Positions 36,917-46,900 of a stretch of DNA of 64,000 nt are shown here, piece after piece; position 1 is the first letter of the stretch; every line of letters starts with the position of its first letter. A model generated the notes under the pieces. The model worked only from the letters and a program-made list of their open reading frames with translations, was not told where the DNA came from and made no database searches. The position numbers and the translations under genes were made by a program. Location of the stretch: IMG/VR virus record IMGVR_UViG_3300017752_000004, positions 1-64,000 of that record; one strand, given 5' to 3'. The DNA comes from a virus.

Positions 36917-38004
36917 TGGATCTGATTGTAGAATCGCCGATTAATTCTCTATCTTTCGGTAACGTGTCATACAACATCCTCCGCCAACTCTGGCGGAAGG
37001 GTGTTAACGTTATGTGGTTCCCGTTGGGCGGGAATTCCGACTTTGGAGCTTTCGATAAAATTGATCCTGAATTTGGAAAATGGCTCCAATATTCAGCGAA
37101 TAAAGCTAGTTCAAAAATTGACCCAGAAATGCCGTCTCTTAAACTTTGGCATTTGAACGGGTCTCAAAGTAGAATTGGCTCAAAACAAGCTTTGTATACT
37201 TTCTACGAACTTGATCAACCTACTGAAGCAGAGATCAACTTAGCAAAATTCCAAGACTTAGTTTATTTTTCTAGCAATTATTCAGCTAATAAATTCAAAG
37301 AATTTGGCGTTAACGCTAAAGTTCTTCCAGTCGGGTTTGACGAGGATCTGCATAAAACAGGCAAACGATATCTAGACGCAAGCGTGACCCATTTCGGTTT
37401 AATGGGTAAGTTTGAAAAGAGGAAACATACAGAAAAAATCATTAAACTTTGGATCTCTAAGTTTGGAAACAATAATGCTTACCAGCTAAGCGTTTGCGTT
37501 ACCAATCCTTTCTTTAAACAAGAAGAGATGAATAACATGCTCTCTAACTGCTTAGGCGGCAAAAGATGTACTAATGTTAATTTTCTTCCTTACTTGAAAA
37601 CAAATTCAGAGGTAAATGATTTTCTCAATGCAATTGATATTGATTTAACTGGTTTGAGTGGCGCGGAGGGTTGGAATCTTCCAGCATTTAATGCCACCTG
37701 TTTAGGAAAGTGGTCTATTGTATTAAATGCAACAGCCCACAAAGACTGGGCTAATAATTCTAACTCAATTATTGTTGACTCAAATGGAATTGAGCCATGC
37801 TATGACGGAAAGTTTTTTCAAGAAGGCTCTGCCTTTAATCAAGGAAATATCTACACCTGGGATAGCGACGTTGTGGCACAAGCTATGGATGATGCTGTCT
37901 CAAAAAAGGGACAAAATAACACTAATGGAGAGCTTTTAAAAGAAGAGTTTTCGTACAGTCGCTCTGTAGACCGCTTGCTTAAAGGGGTTGAGGGTATTGC
38001 GTAA
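36916..38004 (+). CDS. GT4-like glycosyltransferase
   Basis: SFGNVS, GKFEKRK, SGAEGWNLPAFNA. Confidence 0.8.
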   Translation: MDLIVESPINSLSFGNVSYNILRQLWRKGVNVMWFPLGGNSDFGAFDKIDPEFGKWLQYSANKASSKIDPEMPSLKLWHLNGSQSRIGSKQALYTFYELDQPTEAEINLAKFQDLVYFSSNYSANKFKEFGVNAKVLPVGFDEDLHKTGKRYLDASVTHFGLMGKFEKRKHTEKIIKLWISKFGNNNAYQLSVCVTNPFFKQEEMNNMLSNCLGGKRCTNVNFLPYLKTNSEVNDFLNAIDIDLTGLSGAEGWNLPAFNATCLGKWSIVLNATAHKDWANNSNSIIVDSNGIEPCYDGKFFQEGSAFNQGNIYTWDSDVVAQAMDDAVSKKGQNNTNGELLKEEFSYSRSVDRLLKGVEGIA

Positions 38005-38006
38005 TA

Positions 38007-38023
38007 TTGGCACGCGCTTTGCA
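38007..38023 (+). promoter_or_regulatory. Sigma54 (-24/-12) promoter upstream of hsp20
   Basis: TTGGCACGCGCTTTGCA matches consensus YTGGCACG-N4-TTGCW with exact GG-N10-GC spacing. Confidence 0.8.
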
Positions 38024-38036
38024 AATAGAAAAGCCT

Positions 38037-38402
38037 ATGAACACAGAATTAATAAATCAAATTGAAAAAGCATTCTACGAAGGTTTTAGCGATAGCTCTT
38101 TCCGTAAGCACGGAAAGGGTTATGTTGGGCCATTGGAAATAGTAGAGAATGAAAACCATTACATTGTAACAAAAGTTATAGTTGGATTCGAGTCGGCTGA
38201 AATAACAGCTAACGTTCGAAAAAGCATTTTAAAAGTTTTTGTAAACGATGAAAAAGAAAAACCCGCCAATGTGGTCAGCATAAAACTAGACGCCGACTAT
38301 ATTAACGCTTTTAAAATCTCCTCTAAATTAAAAAATGGGATTCTGAAAATTAAACTTCCAAAATCCGAAAATTCCAAAACAGTTAAAATTTCTGTAGAAT
38401 AA
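38037..38402 (+). CDS. Small heat-shock protein (Hsp20/alpha-crystallin)
   Basis: EIVENENHY...GF...I, ISSKLKNGILKIKLPK, K.SV. Confidence 0.8.
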   Translation: MNTELINQIEKAFYEGFSDSSFRKHGKGYVGPLEIVENENHYIVTKVIVGFESAEITANVRKSILKVFVNDEKEKPANVVSIKLDADYINAFKISSKLKNGILKIKLPKSENSKTVKISVE

Positions 38403-38407
38403 ATTCA

Positions 38408-38440
38408 AGCCCTCGATTGAAAAGATCGGGGGCTTTTTTA
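38408..38440 (+). terminator. Intrinsic terminator after hsp20
   Basis: AAGCCCTCGAT-TGAAAAG-ATCGGGGGCTT followed by T-run. Confidence 0.8.
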
Positions 38441-38449
38441 TTATTTATT

Positions 38450-38863
38450 ATGCCATTATATTTATACGAAAACAAAGAAACCAAAGAAGTTGTAGAGGTC
38501 TTTCAAGGCATGAACGATACTCATGAGTATGACGGCGAGGATGGTAGCGAGAAAAGCCTCTGGAGACGTGTTTATGTCAATCCTGGGTTATCATTTGACA
38601 CTAAGATGGATGCGTTTGACTCTAAATCTTTTGTAGCTTCAACTATCAACAAAAATGATACGTTTGGAGATTTGCAAAATAGAGCAGCAGAAGCGTCAGA
38701 AATTCGAGCGCAAAAAAACGGAGGCAAGGACCCAGTCAAAGAAAAGTATTACAATGATTATAAGAAAAAAACAAACGGAAAGCTGCACCCCAACGAACAA
38801 AAAGAAAAGTTTAAATCAGCTATAAAAAAAGCAGAAAAAAAAGGTCTTAACGTAGAGCTTTAA
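38450..38863 (+). CDS. FmdB-like (Cys-less) hypothetical protein
   Basis: MPLYLYENKETKEVVEVFQGMND N-terminus. Confidence 0.55.
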   Translation: MPLYLYENKETKEVVEVFQGMNDTHEYDGEDGSEKSLWRRVYVNPGLSFDTKMDAFDSKSFVASTINKNDTFGDLQNRAAEASEIRAQKNGGKDPVKEKYYNDYKKKTNGKLHPNEQKEKFKSAIKKAEKKGLNVEL

Positions 38864-38865
38864 CT

Positions 38866-39996
38866 TTATTCTAATGCTGTAAAATCTCCATTAGACAACA
38901 ACAAGCGTCTTGAGTTTTCTAACAACAACAGCCCATCAATTTCAGGAAATTGCACTTCGCAGTTATTAATATCAAAATCAAAAGATAGCTCTGAGTTTAA
39001 TTCTTGGCCAATTGATGAAGAATTGTTTTGTGATTTAAACTTAGCTTCGTTTATTTGTATATTGAATGCTTCATTGCTATAGTTTTGCCCACTTATATTT
39101 AAAGTGTAAGACTCCTCTGAATTTAAAAAATCTTTTAAGTTCGCTCGAACACCACTAACCTCAAATGTCGAAACTTTATTAGAAAAATTAAAGCTTCCCT
39201 TGTTGGGGTATGTAGCTTTTCTTATTATTGGGTATCTCTTGCCTATTCCGTAAATAGTTTTTCTATTAATCGGCAGGTCTAGACTAAAATCTTGAATACA
39301 GTCGGATTCAATTAAAAAATTTCCAACAGAGCTGTTGCCGCTAATCAAAACATTGGTTGAATAATATGGTATAATATTATCGATTTCACTCAAATAGTAG
39401 TCGCCCATTTCGGAAAACTGAACAGTCCCACTTTGCAATTGATTTCCTGTTAGGTTTATTGCTGGAGAATGCCCGCTGAAAATATTATTATCCTGCACCA
39501 ACTCCTGGGCCTGAACATTACTTCCAACAAAAGAATATGCTGAATTTATTATTCCATTAACAGATTGAGACATGGAGATGTTATCTAAAAAACAATTTCC
39601 AAAACCGATAACAGTCTTTCCAGATAAGTTTGCATAAGAAGCGTCAACTCCTCTCTGATCACCAATCACTGCATAAAAATTTCTGTCTAAATCAAGATTG
39701 TTTTTTACTCCACTTGAAGAAAACACAGAAGAGAACAAATCTCCAAAATTTTCTATAGCATTGACTGTAAGATTTACGTCTGGAGCATTTTTGATAGATT
39801 GGTTTACGAAACCCTTTGTCCCTAGCGCGGCTACGTCTGTCCTTTGAATATCAAAAGAAAAATCCACGCCCTGCACTAAAGGCAAAAATGAAATATTGCT
39901 ACCACTATTTGATTCAGCTCCGCAAGCGGGCGTACTGCTCTGCAAAAGGGCAATATTTTCATAAGTTATTATCGGTCTATTTATATTTATAGGCAT
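38866..39996 (-). CDS. Tail-tube paralogue (candidate baseplate tube/initiator protein)
   Basis: Colinear similarity to 53166..54296 (VQGVDFSFDIQRTDV/VQSANYSFNITRQDI; IGFGNCFL/IGIGNAFL); both 376 aa. Confidence 0.7.
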   Translation of the reverse strand: MPININRPIITYENIALLQSSTPACGAESNSGSNISFLPLVQGVDFSFDIQRTDVAALGTKGFVNQSIKNAPDVNLTVNAIENFGDLFSSVFSSSGVKNNLDLDRNFYAVIGDQRGVDASYANLSGKTVIGFGNCFLDNISMSQSVNGIINSAYSFVGSNVQAQELVQDNNIFSGHSPAINLTGNQLQSGTVQFSEMGDYYLSEIDNIIPYYSTNVLISGNSSVGNFLIESDCIQDFSLDLPINRKTIYGIGKRYPIIRKATYPNKGSFNFSNKVSTFEVSGVRANLKDFLNSEESYTLNISGQNYSNEAFNIQINEAKFKSQNNSSSIGQELNSELSFDFDINNCEVQFPEIDGLLLLENSRRLLLSNGDFTALE

Positions 39997-40004
39997 AATT
40001 GTAT

Positions 40005-43000
40005 TTACGCAGGGCCTCCATCAAAAATGGTCCATAAATCGCCTGTATTGAGATTTGTTCTGGCCGCCTCTGCGGCTCCACCAGCCGTGTATAAGCTACC
40101 TCCAAAACTAACGTTACTCATTGAGCTCCTTACGCTCTGAGCGTCCCACGCTATCAGCAAAGAATCATAGCGGGATGTAGGTAGAGTCACGCCTCTGCAA
40201 AAATATCCCAGTCCATATATTGAGTCAAGAGCCTCTATATTGAATTGATCTACACCAATTATATCGCTTAAGCTACTGCAACCATCAAACATTCCATACA
40301 TATCGGTAGCAGACGATGTGTCAAAACTCGACACATCTAAACCTGTTAAACTATTACAATCCTCAAACATTCGATTCATATCAGTAGCAGACGATGTGTT
40401 AAAATTAGATACATCTAAACTTGTTAAGTCGTAGCACCTGTTAAACATTGAGCCTAGATCAACAACGGAAGAAGTGTCAAAATTAGACGAATCTAAACCT
40501 GTTAAGCTGCGGCAATCATCAAACATTCGACCCATTCTAGTGACCGAGGAAGTGTCAAAACTAGACAAATCCAAACTTGTTAAGTCAGTACAATTTCTAA
40601 ACATGCTGGTTGTTTCTGTAAGCAAAGGGGTGTTGAAGTTGGATAGATCTACACTAGTTAAGTCGTAACATCGATAAAACATCAAAGATGTGTCAAGAAC
40701 AGAAGACCCATCAAAATTAGACAAATCTAAACCCGTTAAATCAGAACAATTCTGAAATACTCCATACATATTGATTACCAAGGAAGTGTTAAAATTAGAT
40801 ACATCTAGACTTGTTAAGCTGTGGCAATTTTCAAACATTTGATACATGATGGTGACCGAGGAAGTGTCAAAACTCGACAAATCTAAACTTGTTAATTCGC
40901 GGCAATCTCTAAACATTTGTTGCATATCGGTAGCAGACGATGTGTCAAAACTCGACACATCTAAACCTGTTAAACTATTACAATCTTCAAACATTCGATT
41001 CATATCAGTAGCAGACGATGTGTTAAAATTAGATACATCTAAACTTGTTAAGTCAAAGCACCTGTTAAACATTGCGCTTAGATTAATAACAGAAGAAGCG
41101 TCAAAATTAGACAAATCCAAACCTGTTAATTTATAGCAGTTTCTAAACATTTCATACATGCTAGTGACCGAGGAAGTGTCAAAACTAGACAAATCCAAAC
41201 TTGTTAAATCATAGCAATATCCAAACATTCCGCCTAGATCAACAACGGAAGAAGTGTCAAAACTAGACAAATCTAAACCCGTTAAATCATAGCAACTGTT
41301 AAACATTCCACCTAGATCAACAACGGAAGAAGTGTCCAAATTAGACAAATCCAAACCTGTTAAGTTAGAGCAGCTTCTAAACATTTCATACATGTCAGTG
41401 ACCGAGGAAGTGTCAAAACTAGACAAATCCAAACTTGTTAAGTCGCGGCAATTTTCAAACATTTGTTGCGTACCAGTAGCAGACGATGTGTCAAAATTAG
41501 ACAAATCTAAACCTGTTAAGCTATAGCAACTGTTAAACATTCCTCCTAGATCAACAACAGAAGAAGTGTCCAAATTAGATACATCTAGACCTGCTAAGCT
41601 AGAGCAGTTTCTAAACATTTCATACATGCTAGTGACCGAGGAAGTGTCAAAACTAGACAAATCTAAACCCGTTAAATCATAGCAATATCCAAACATTCCG
41701 CCTAGATCAACAACGGAAGAAGTGTCCAAATTAGATACATCTAGACCTGCTAAGCTAGAGCAGCTTCTAAACATTTCATACATGCTGGTAACCGAGGAAG
41801 TGTCAAAATTAGACAAATCCAAACCTGTTAAGTCGGAGCAACTGTTAAACATTCCGCCTAGATCAACAACGGAAGAAGTGTCCAAATTAGATACATCTAG
41901 ACCTGTTAAGTTGCGGCAATCTTCAAACATTCGATTCATATCAGTAGCAGACGATGTGTTGAAATTAGATACATCTAAACTTGTTAAGTCGTAGCACCTG
42001 TTAAACATTGCGCCTAGATTAATAACAGAAGAAGTGTCAAAATTAGACAAATCCAAACCTGTTAAGTTAGAGCAGTTGCTAAACATTTCATACATGCCAG
42101 TGACCGAGGAAGTGTTAAAATTAGATAAATCTAAACTTGTTAAGCTGGAGCAATTGCTAAACATTTGTTGCATATCCATAACCGAAGATACATCAAAATT
42201 AGAAACATTTAACCCTGTTGACGCAGAAGAGCAAGAATCAAACATAGAACGCATACCAGTTACAGAAGATGTATCAAAACTAGACAAATCCAGATCAACT
42301 ACACTATAGCAGCCGCTAAACATACAATTCATGTCAACAGAAGAAGAAGTGTTTAATTTAGAAAAATCTGTGTTTTGGCTATCTAATGACTGACAGTTCC
42401 TAAACATATTCTGCATACCAGTAACGCCAGAAGAAGTTAATCCAGCCATGTCTAGCCCCGTTAAATTGACACAATCCCGAAACATTCCATCCATGTTGGT
42501 TACCAAGGAAGTATTTGTGTTTCCCGCCCTGAAACTAACCATATTGGTCCATCCATAAAAAGCCTCGCTCAGATCACCCCAACCTACATCACCAAGCTGA
42601 TTGACTGACGTAACCTTTTCCTTATGACCTAAAATAGGTAGGCTAATATTTGGTATGTAGCCGCCTACCGTTATGTTGTAATTTCCAGTGGTTGCGTATA
42701 CATGTCTCATCTCAGGGTCGTTATACCCAGTAATAATGCTTGTCTGTCCATCTCCCCACCCAATCCTTACATTATTTCCACTTTCATTTTCCCCAGAAAT
42801 TTGTATTAGCTGATTGTTAACCGTAGTCAATACATTCATAGAGAATCTATTTTTTTCGAGATTTGCTCTATAATTATCAAAAAGATCAGGTTTTTTAAAT
42901 AAAAATATTTCATCAAGAGTCAACTCTAAGTCATTGCAATCCTTATATACAAATTTATGATCCAAAGATTTTATTACAAAAAATTTCTTCTTATTATACA

Positions 43001-43913
43001 ACTGGGGTAGGGTTAACTCAAAAGGTCTGTAATCTTCATGTTTTTCCATAAAGTGTATAATTGACCTAACCTCTTTGTTCGATCTATTCTTCAAAGATAA
43101 AGACAAATCCTTTATCAATCCGCCGTTTTGATCCTGCTTAATAAAAGAAGAAAAAGAGTCCTTTATCTCAAAAATATTAATTGACCTATCTGACCCTATA
43201 GATATATCATCATCTATTTCATAAAAAAAAGATCTCGACCATGCTGAGCCTGACCCAGTAGGGCTGTTTTCTGATTCGGATGCATGACCAGAGTTGCAGT
43301 AGTAAAAGTTTTCTCTTCTGTCTGCTATTTTATAATAACTTCCAGTTTCAAAATAATCAGAATTTTGTTCGACATATCCTGAGTAGTAAATTACATCGAA
43401 TTCCTTGTAATCAATCCCAGTTTCCCATTCCGAATAAAAATTTGCAGTATTTAAATAAGAAGATCCTCTCCAATTAAATAATGATGAGTATCCATTTTTT
43501 AATAAATTTAAATCTATATCAAAAAGGCCGTTATGAAATTTAAAGTCATAATCTTGTATTAATAACTCGTCTATGTTTTTGTATATAGACCCAGTTGGGA
43601 AAGCTATCTCTACTCCACTAGAACCTGTTGTATTAAAATTAAAATCGCCATCACTAGAAGCTAGAGTTTCTTCTATAAAATGCAAAAACGACCTAGCCTC
43701 ATCCTCTGTTTTGTTGGAGAACTTTAAATTAAATTTTAAATTAGTTCCGTTTACGCCTTTTGAGAATTTTTTGTAATAATTATCCGCTGTGTTAAAATGA
43801 ACGTTTTTATTTTCGAAAGATACTTTTGATCCATATTCTGGTACAAAAGTAAATGGCAAAACAGGACCGTCTATATTGTGGTCTCTATCGTATCTGTTTG
43901 TAGATTGACTCAT
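40005..43913 (-). CDS. Minor tail (gpM/Dit-like, tandem-duplicated) protein fused to a PKD-like module and a BspA/DUF285-type LRR solenoid
   Basis: Directly downstream of the tape measure; two F.F.P...F.L.F.N....E.RS..HF.E units; IGWGDG..H.Y...G.Y; about 29 MFxxC repeats. Confidence 0.8.
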   Translation of the reverse strand: MSQSTNRYDRDHNIDGPVLPFTFVPEYGSKVSFENKNVHFNTADNYYKKFSKGVNGTNLKFNLKFSNKTEDEARSFLHFIEETLASSDGDFNFNTTGSSGVEIAFPTGSIYKNIDELLIQDYDFKFHNGLFDIDLNLLKNGYSSLFNWRGSSYLNTANFYSEWETGIDYKEFDVIYYSGYVEQNSDYFETGSYYKIADRRENFYYCNSGHASESENSPTGSGSAWSRSFFYEIDDDISIGSDRSINIFEIKDSFSSFIKQDQNGGLIKDLSLSLKNRSNKEVRSIIHFMEKHEDYRPFELTLPQLYNKKKFFVIKSLDHKFVYKDCNDLELTLDEIFLFKKPDLFDNYRANLEKNRFSMNVLTTVNNQLIQISGENESGNNVRIGWGDGQTSIITGYNDPEMRHVYATTGNYNITVGGYIPNISLPILGHKEKVTSVNQLGDVGWGDLSEAFYGWTNMVSFRAGNTNTSLVTNMDGMFRDCVNLTGLDMAGLTSSGVTGMQNMFRNCQSLDSQNTDFSKLNTSSSVDMNCMFSGCYSVVDLDLSSFDTSSVTGMRSMFDSCSSASTGLNVSNFDVSSVMDMQQMFSNCSSLTSLDLSNFNTSSVTGMYEMFSNCSNLTGLDLSNFDTSSVINLGAMFNRCYDLTSLDVSNFNTSSATDMNRMFEDCRNLTGLDVSNLDTSSVVDLGGMFNSCSDLTGLDLSNFDTSSVTSMYEMFRSCSSLAGLDVSNLDTSSVVDLGGMFGYCYDLTGLDLSSFDTSSVTSMYEMFRNCSSLAGLDVSNLDTSSVVDLGGMFNSCYSLTGLDLSNFDTSSATGTQQMFENCRDLTSLDLSSFDTSSVTDMYEMFRSCSNLTGLDLSNLDTSSVVDLGGMFNSCYDLTGLDLSSFDTSSVVDLGGMFGYCYDLTSLDLSSFDTSSVTSMYEMFRNCYKLTGLDLSNFDASSVINLSAMFNRCFDLTSLDVSNFNTSSATDMNRMFEDCNSLTGLDVSSFDTSSATDMQQMFRDCRELTSLDLSSFDTSSVTIMYQMFENCHSLTSLDVSNFNTSLVINMYGVFQNCSDLTGLDLSNFDGSSVLDTSLMFYRCYDLTSVDLSNFNTPLLTETTSMFRNCTDLTSLDLSSFDTSSVTRMGRMFDDCRSLTGLDSSNFDTSSVVDLGSMFNRCYDLTSLDVSNFNTSSATDMNRMFEDCNSLTGLDVSSFDTSSATDMYGMFDGCSSLSDIIGVDQFNIEALDSIYGLGYFCRGVTLPTSRYDSLLIAWDAQSVRSSMSNVSFGGSLYTAGGAAEAARTNLNTGDLWTIFDGGPA
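40270..42530 (-). repeat. Coding tandem array of about 29 x 78-bp (26-aa) leucine-rich repeats
   Basis: Consensus LT(S/G)LDLS(N/S)FDTSS-xxx(M/L)xx-MF-xx-C-xx; near-identical blocks, e.g. about 40300-40430 vs 40925-41055 (624 bp = 8 x 78). Confidence 0.95.
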
Positions 43914-46900
43914 TTATTTTTTATATAAGTAGTTTAATGTCCCGCCAGTTCTGGATTCCTCTTGAACAACCGTGGTAACCGCTGCCTTGACTTTCTGCGC
44001 AAAATCGCGCTGTTGGTCGTCATCGCCTTTTTCGCCCGCTTGCTCTGCCTTGCCACCTTGAATATTAAAAGTAAAGTCAGAAGTGTTTGTGACCTGAGAT
44101 GCAGAATTGGACGCAGTCCCAGCCTCGACAGAAACAGGGCTAACAACGCCACCGTTCTGAAATCCTCGCATTGGCATAACGCCCTCATTTATGCTTGATA
44201 AAAAACCAGATCCATATTTCTCGACCGCAGATTTTTTCATAACAAATTCCCCAGGAGTTAACATAGCTGGTATGGTATCGGTTGGGCCAACTGATCCGCC
44301 ATTAGCAAATCCCACTGGACCTCCATTTGCAAAACCAAAACCAAAAGCACTTAATGCCATCTTAGCAATTCCGCCAATTCCCCCGCCGCCGCCGCTATCT
44401 CCAGAGAAGAAGCTGCCCAAATTAGTGGTAAGTCCTTTAAAAATAGTACCAAGCCCATCTTTTAATTTTCCAAACAAATCGCCAAATGTGGTTTTCAACC
44501 CTCTAAAAGATTCCATCAGGGTGTCTTTGAGTTTTGAAAAAATTCCTTCGCCCTTTCCTTCTCCAGCTAAAGCATCAACTGGATTAGTGGCCGAAGCAGA
44601 GCTTACTGTATATATTGGATTGCCAGCAGTGCCATCTGGAGAAGCTGCGCCGCTTTTGCCTCCAAACAGGCTTTTTACTCCTCCTAATATACCGCCGTCT
44701 GATTCTGCAGACCCGCCACCAAACAAGCCTCCTTTGCCTTCCGAACTCCCAAACAATGCAGATGTAGCTTGGTCTGCTGCTTGCTGCAAAAATGCATCTT
44801 TTATAAACCCTAAAAAGTTTCTTCCAGCATCGGACAAAGCCTCATCTAAAGTTTTTGCCTGGCTGACCGCTTCCTGAAGAGCTGACCCCAAGTTGCTAGA
44901 AAATTGTGCTGGTATATTTTCGCCCAACTCATCACGAAAGAAAGCTATATCGTTCTCTAAATTACCAAGACCCTTCCTTATTCCTCCGCCAAATCCTTGC
45001 GGTTTACTAAGGTCATTTATTTTCTGTTGTAATTTTACTTCTTCGAGCTTGTTGTCCAATATTTTCTCTTGAATTAATGCCTTCTCTACAGCGAGGTCAA
45101 AATCTATTTTGGCGTCTTTAGTTAGTTCTATGCCAGCTTCGACAAGCCCCTTTTCAATTAAAAGTAAGCTAGATCCTGCCTCAACCTGGCCCTCTATAAA
45201 TTCTTTCTGCTCTTCAGAAAAAATAGTAGCATCTCTGATTGATTTTACGTAGTCTTCTGTGATTCTGAATTCTTCTTTAGCTTTTTCTACGAGAAATTTC
45301 TTTAAAGCTATCTCATTTTCTAGACCTACTTTTCTTATTGTTGTGGCAGCTTCAGCTAAATCAAGTTCTTTGTTTCTTATCTCGGATAAAGCTCCGCTTT
45401 GAAATATAGTCTCTATTTGTCCAGTCTTCGTAGATTCTAACTGCTTTGTTGTATCAAACCCACCAGCCGCAAATCTTCCTTGACCTAATCTGTCTTTAAA
45501 ATCTTTTTTTGCCTTACCTCCTGTAAAAGCGCCTTCGCCAAAACCAGCTGCAACTTTTAGCGCTGTATCGGCGGCTTTTTCGGCGGCGGCATCAATAAGA
45601 TCAATCGCCTTGATCATGTTTTCGGCAAACAGATCCGCATCAAACTGCTTGACGGTTTCGGTTTTGATTTGTATTCCAGTTCCTGTCCTAATTTTTACGT
45701 CTTTTTGACTCGCGTTTACTATGTCTTGCAAAGCGTTTTTGTCTCCAACCTTTGCCAAAGACGCACTTAATGTGCTTTTATCTTTTATGCCGCCAAAAAA
45801 CCCTTTATTAATTCCAGTTAATCCACCTAACTGTTCTTCGAGCAAGTCTTCTATACTTTTCTTTTTATCCTCCTCAATGCCTAATTTTTCTTTAAGCTCT
45901 GCTTGTTTCTGAGCCGCCTTTAAGTCGGCGACAAATGCCGACCTTAAAGCTGAGGAAGCTTCTTTTGACCCAGACGACAATTCTCCCAGATCAATATTTT
46001 TGAGTTCTTCGTTTAGTTTTTCAAATCCTGTTTTTGTTTTTGTTAACTCTAAAACTAATGGAGCTAAGACAGTGCCAATTGCAACTGCAGTACCGATGCC
46101 AGGAAGCGCACCACCAACTCCAGCTATACCTCTGCCTAATTTACCTTTAGCTCCTACGAGTTTACCCTCTGAGTATTTCATTGGATTCCCCGTCTTCGGA
46201 CTACGATATGTAGCCAACTCTACTCCAAAGCTACTCAACTTAGCCCCAATCTTTTCCACTGGCCCTTTCAATAAAGTGAGCGAGGTTAGAGCAGAAGCAG
46301 CAAAAGCTATTTCACTAATAAATTTGCCAATACCACCTTCTGCAGTACTGAACGCACTGCTCAAGAAATAAAGCCCAGTAGAAGCAGCTAAAATCCCACC
46401 ACCAAGGCCCCCATCAGAAGAACCTCCTGGCGTTGCTGGCGTCGATCTTCCTCCAGAAGCGAAATTTGGAATAGCCCCAGTTGGCTCATCTCTGGTATTT
46501 GTAACAGCAAGACCCATTGGGTTTTGCGAGTTACGTAGTTTGCCGCTTTGATTAATTCTTATTTGGTTTATTGGAAGACCAGCAGCTTGCTCTCTTGCGA
46601 CTGCTTCGTCTAAAGCTCCGCCAGCAAAATTTGGGATATAACCTCCAGCAGCGTTACCTGTGTCCTTCAACACCTTATCAAACATGCTCTTTTTGCTGTC
46701 TGGACTGAGTCTTATCTTAGCTTCTATTTGTGTGGCTTTTCCCAATTGTGGAAAAAGTTTTTTTAATTGCGAATTTGCATTACTTCCAGAAAAATCAAAA
46801 GCAGCAATTTCGGACCTTGAATCAAAATCCTTTGAAGATAATAAAGAGCTGACCGCTGTTTCAAAAATAGTTCCAGACAAAGCTGATATTGCTCCAGAAT

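Noticed and set aside
40270-42530. 78-bp periodic array as a CRISPR array
   Set aside because: Units are in-frame coding LRRs with wobble variation and recurring, non-unique variable parts; no cas operon (the 19390 nuclease sits in the replication module).
40005-43913. Diversity-generating retroelement acting on the tail protein
   Set aside because: No reverse transcriptase or non-coding template repeat in the window, and repeat differences are not confined to adenines; one outside the window cannot be excluded.
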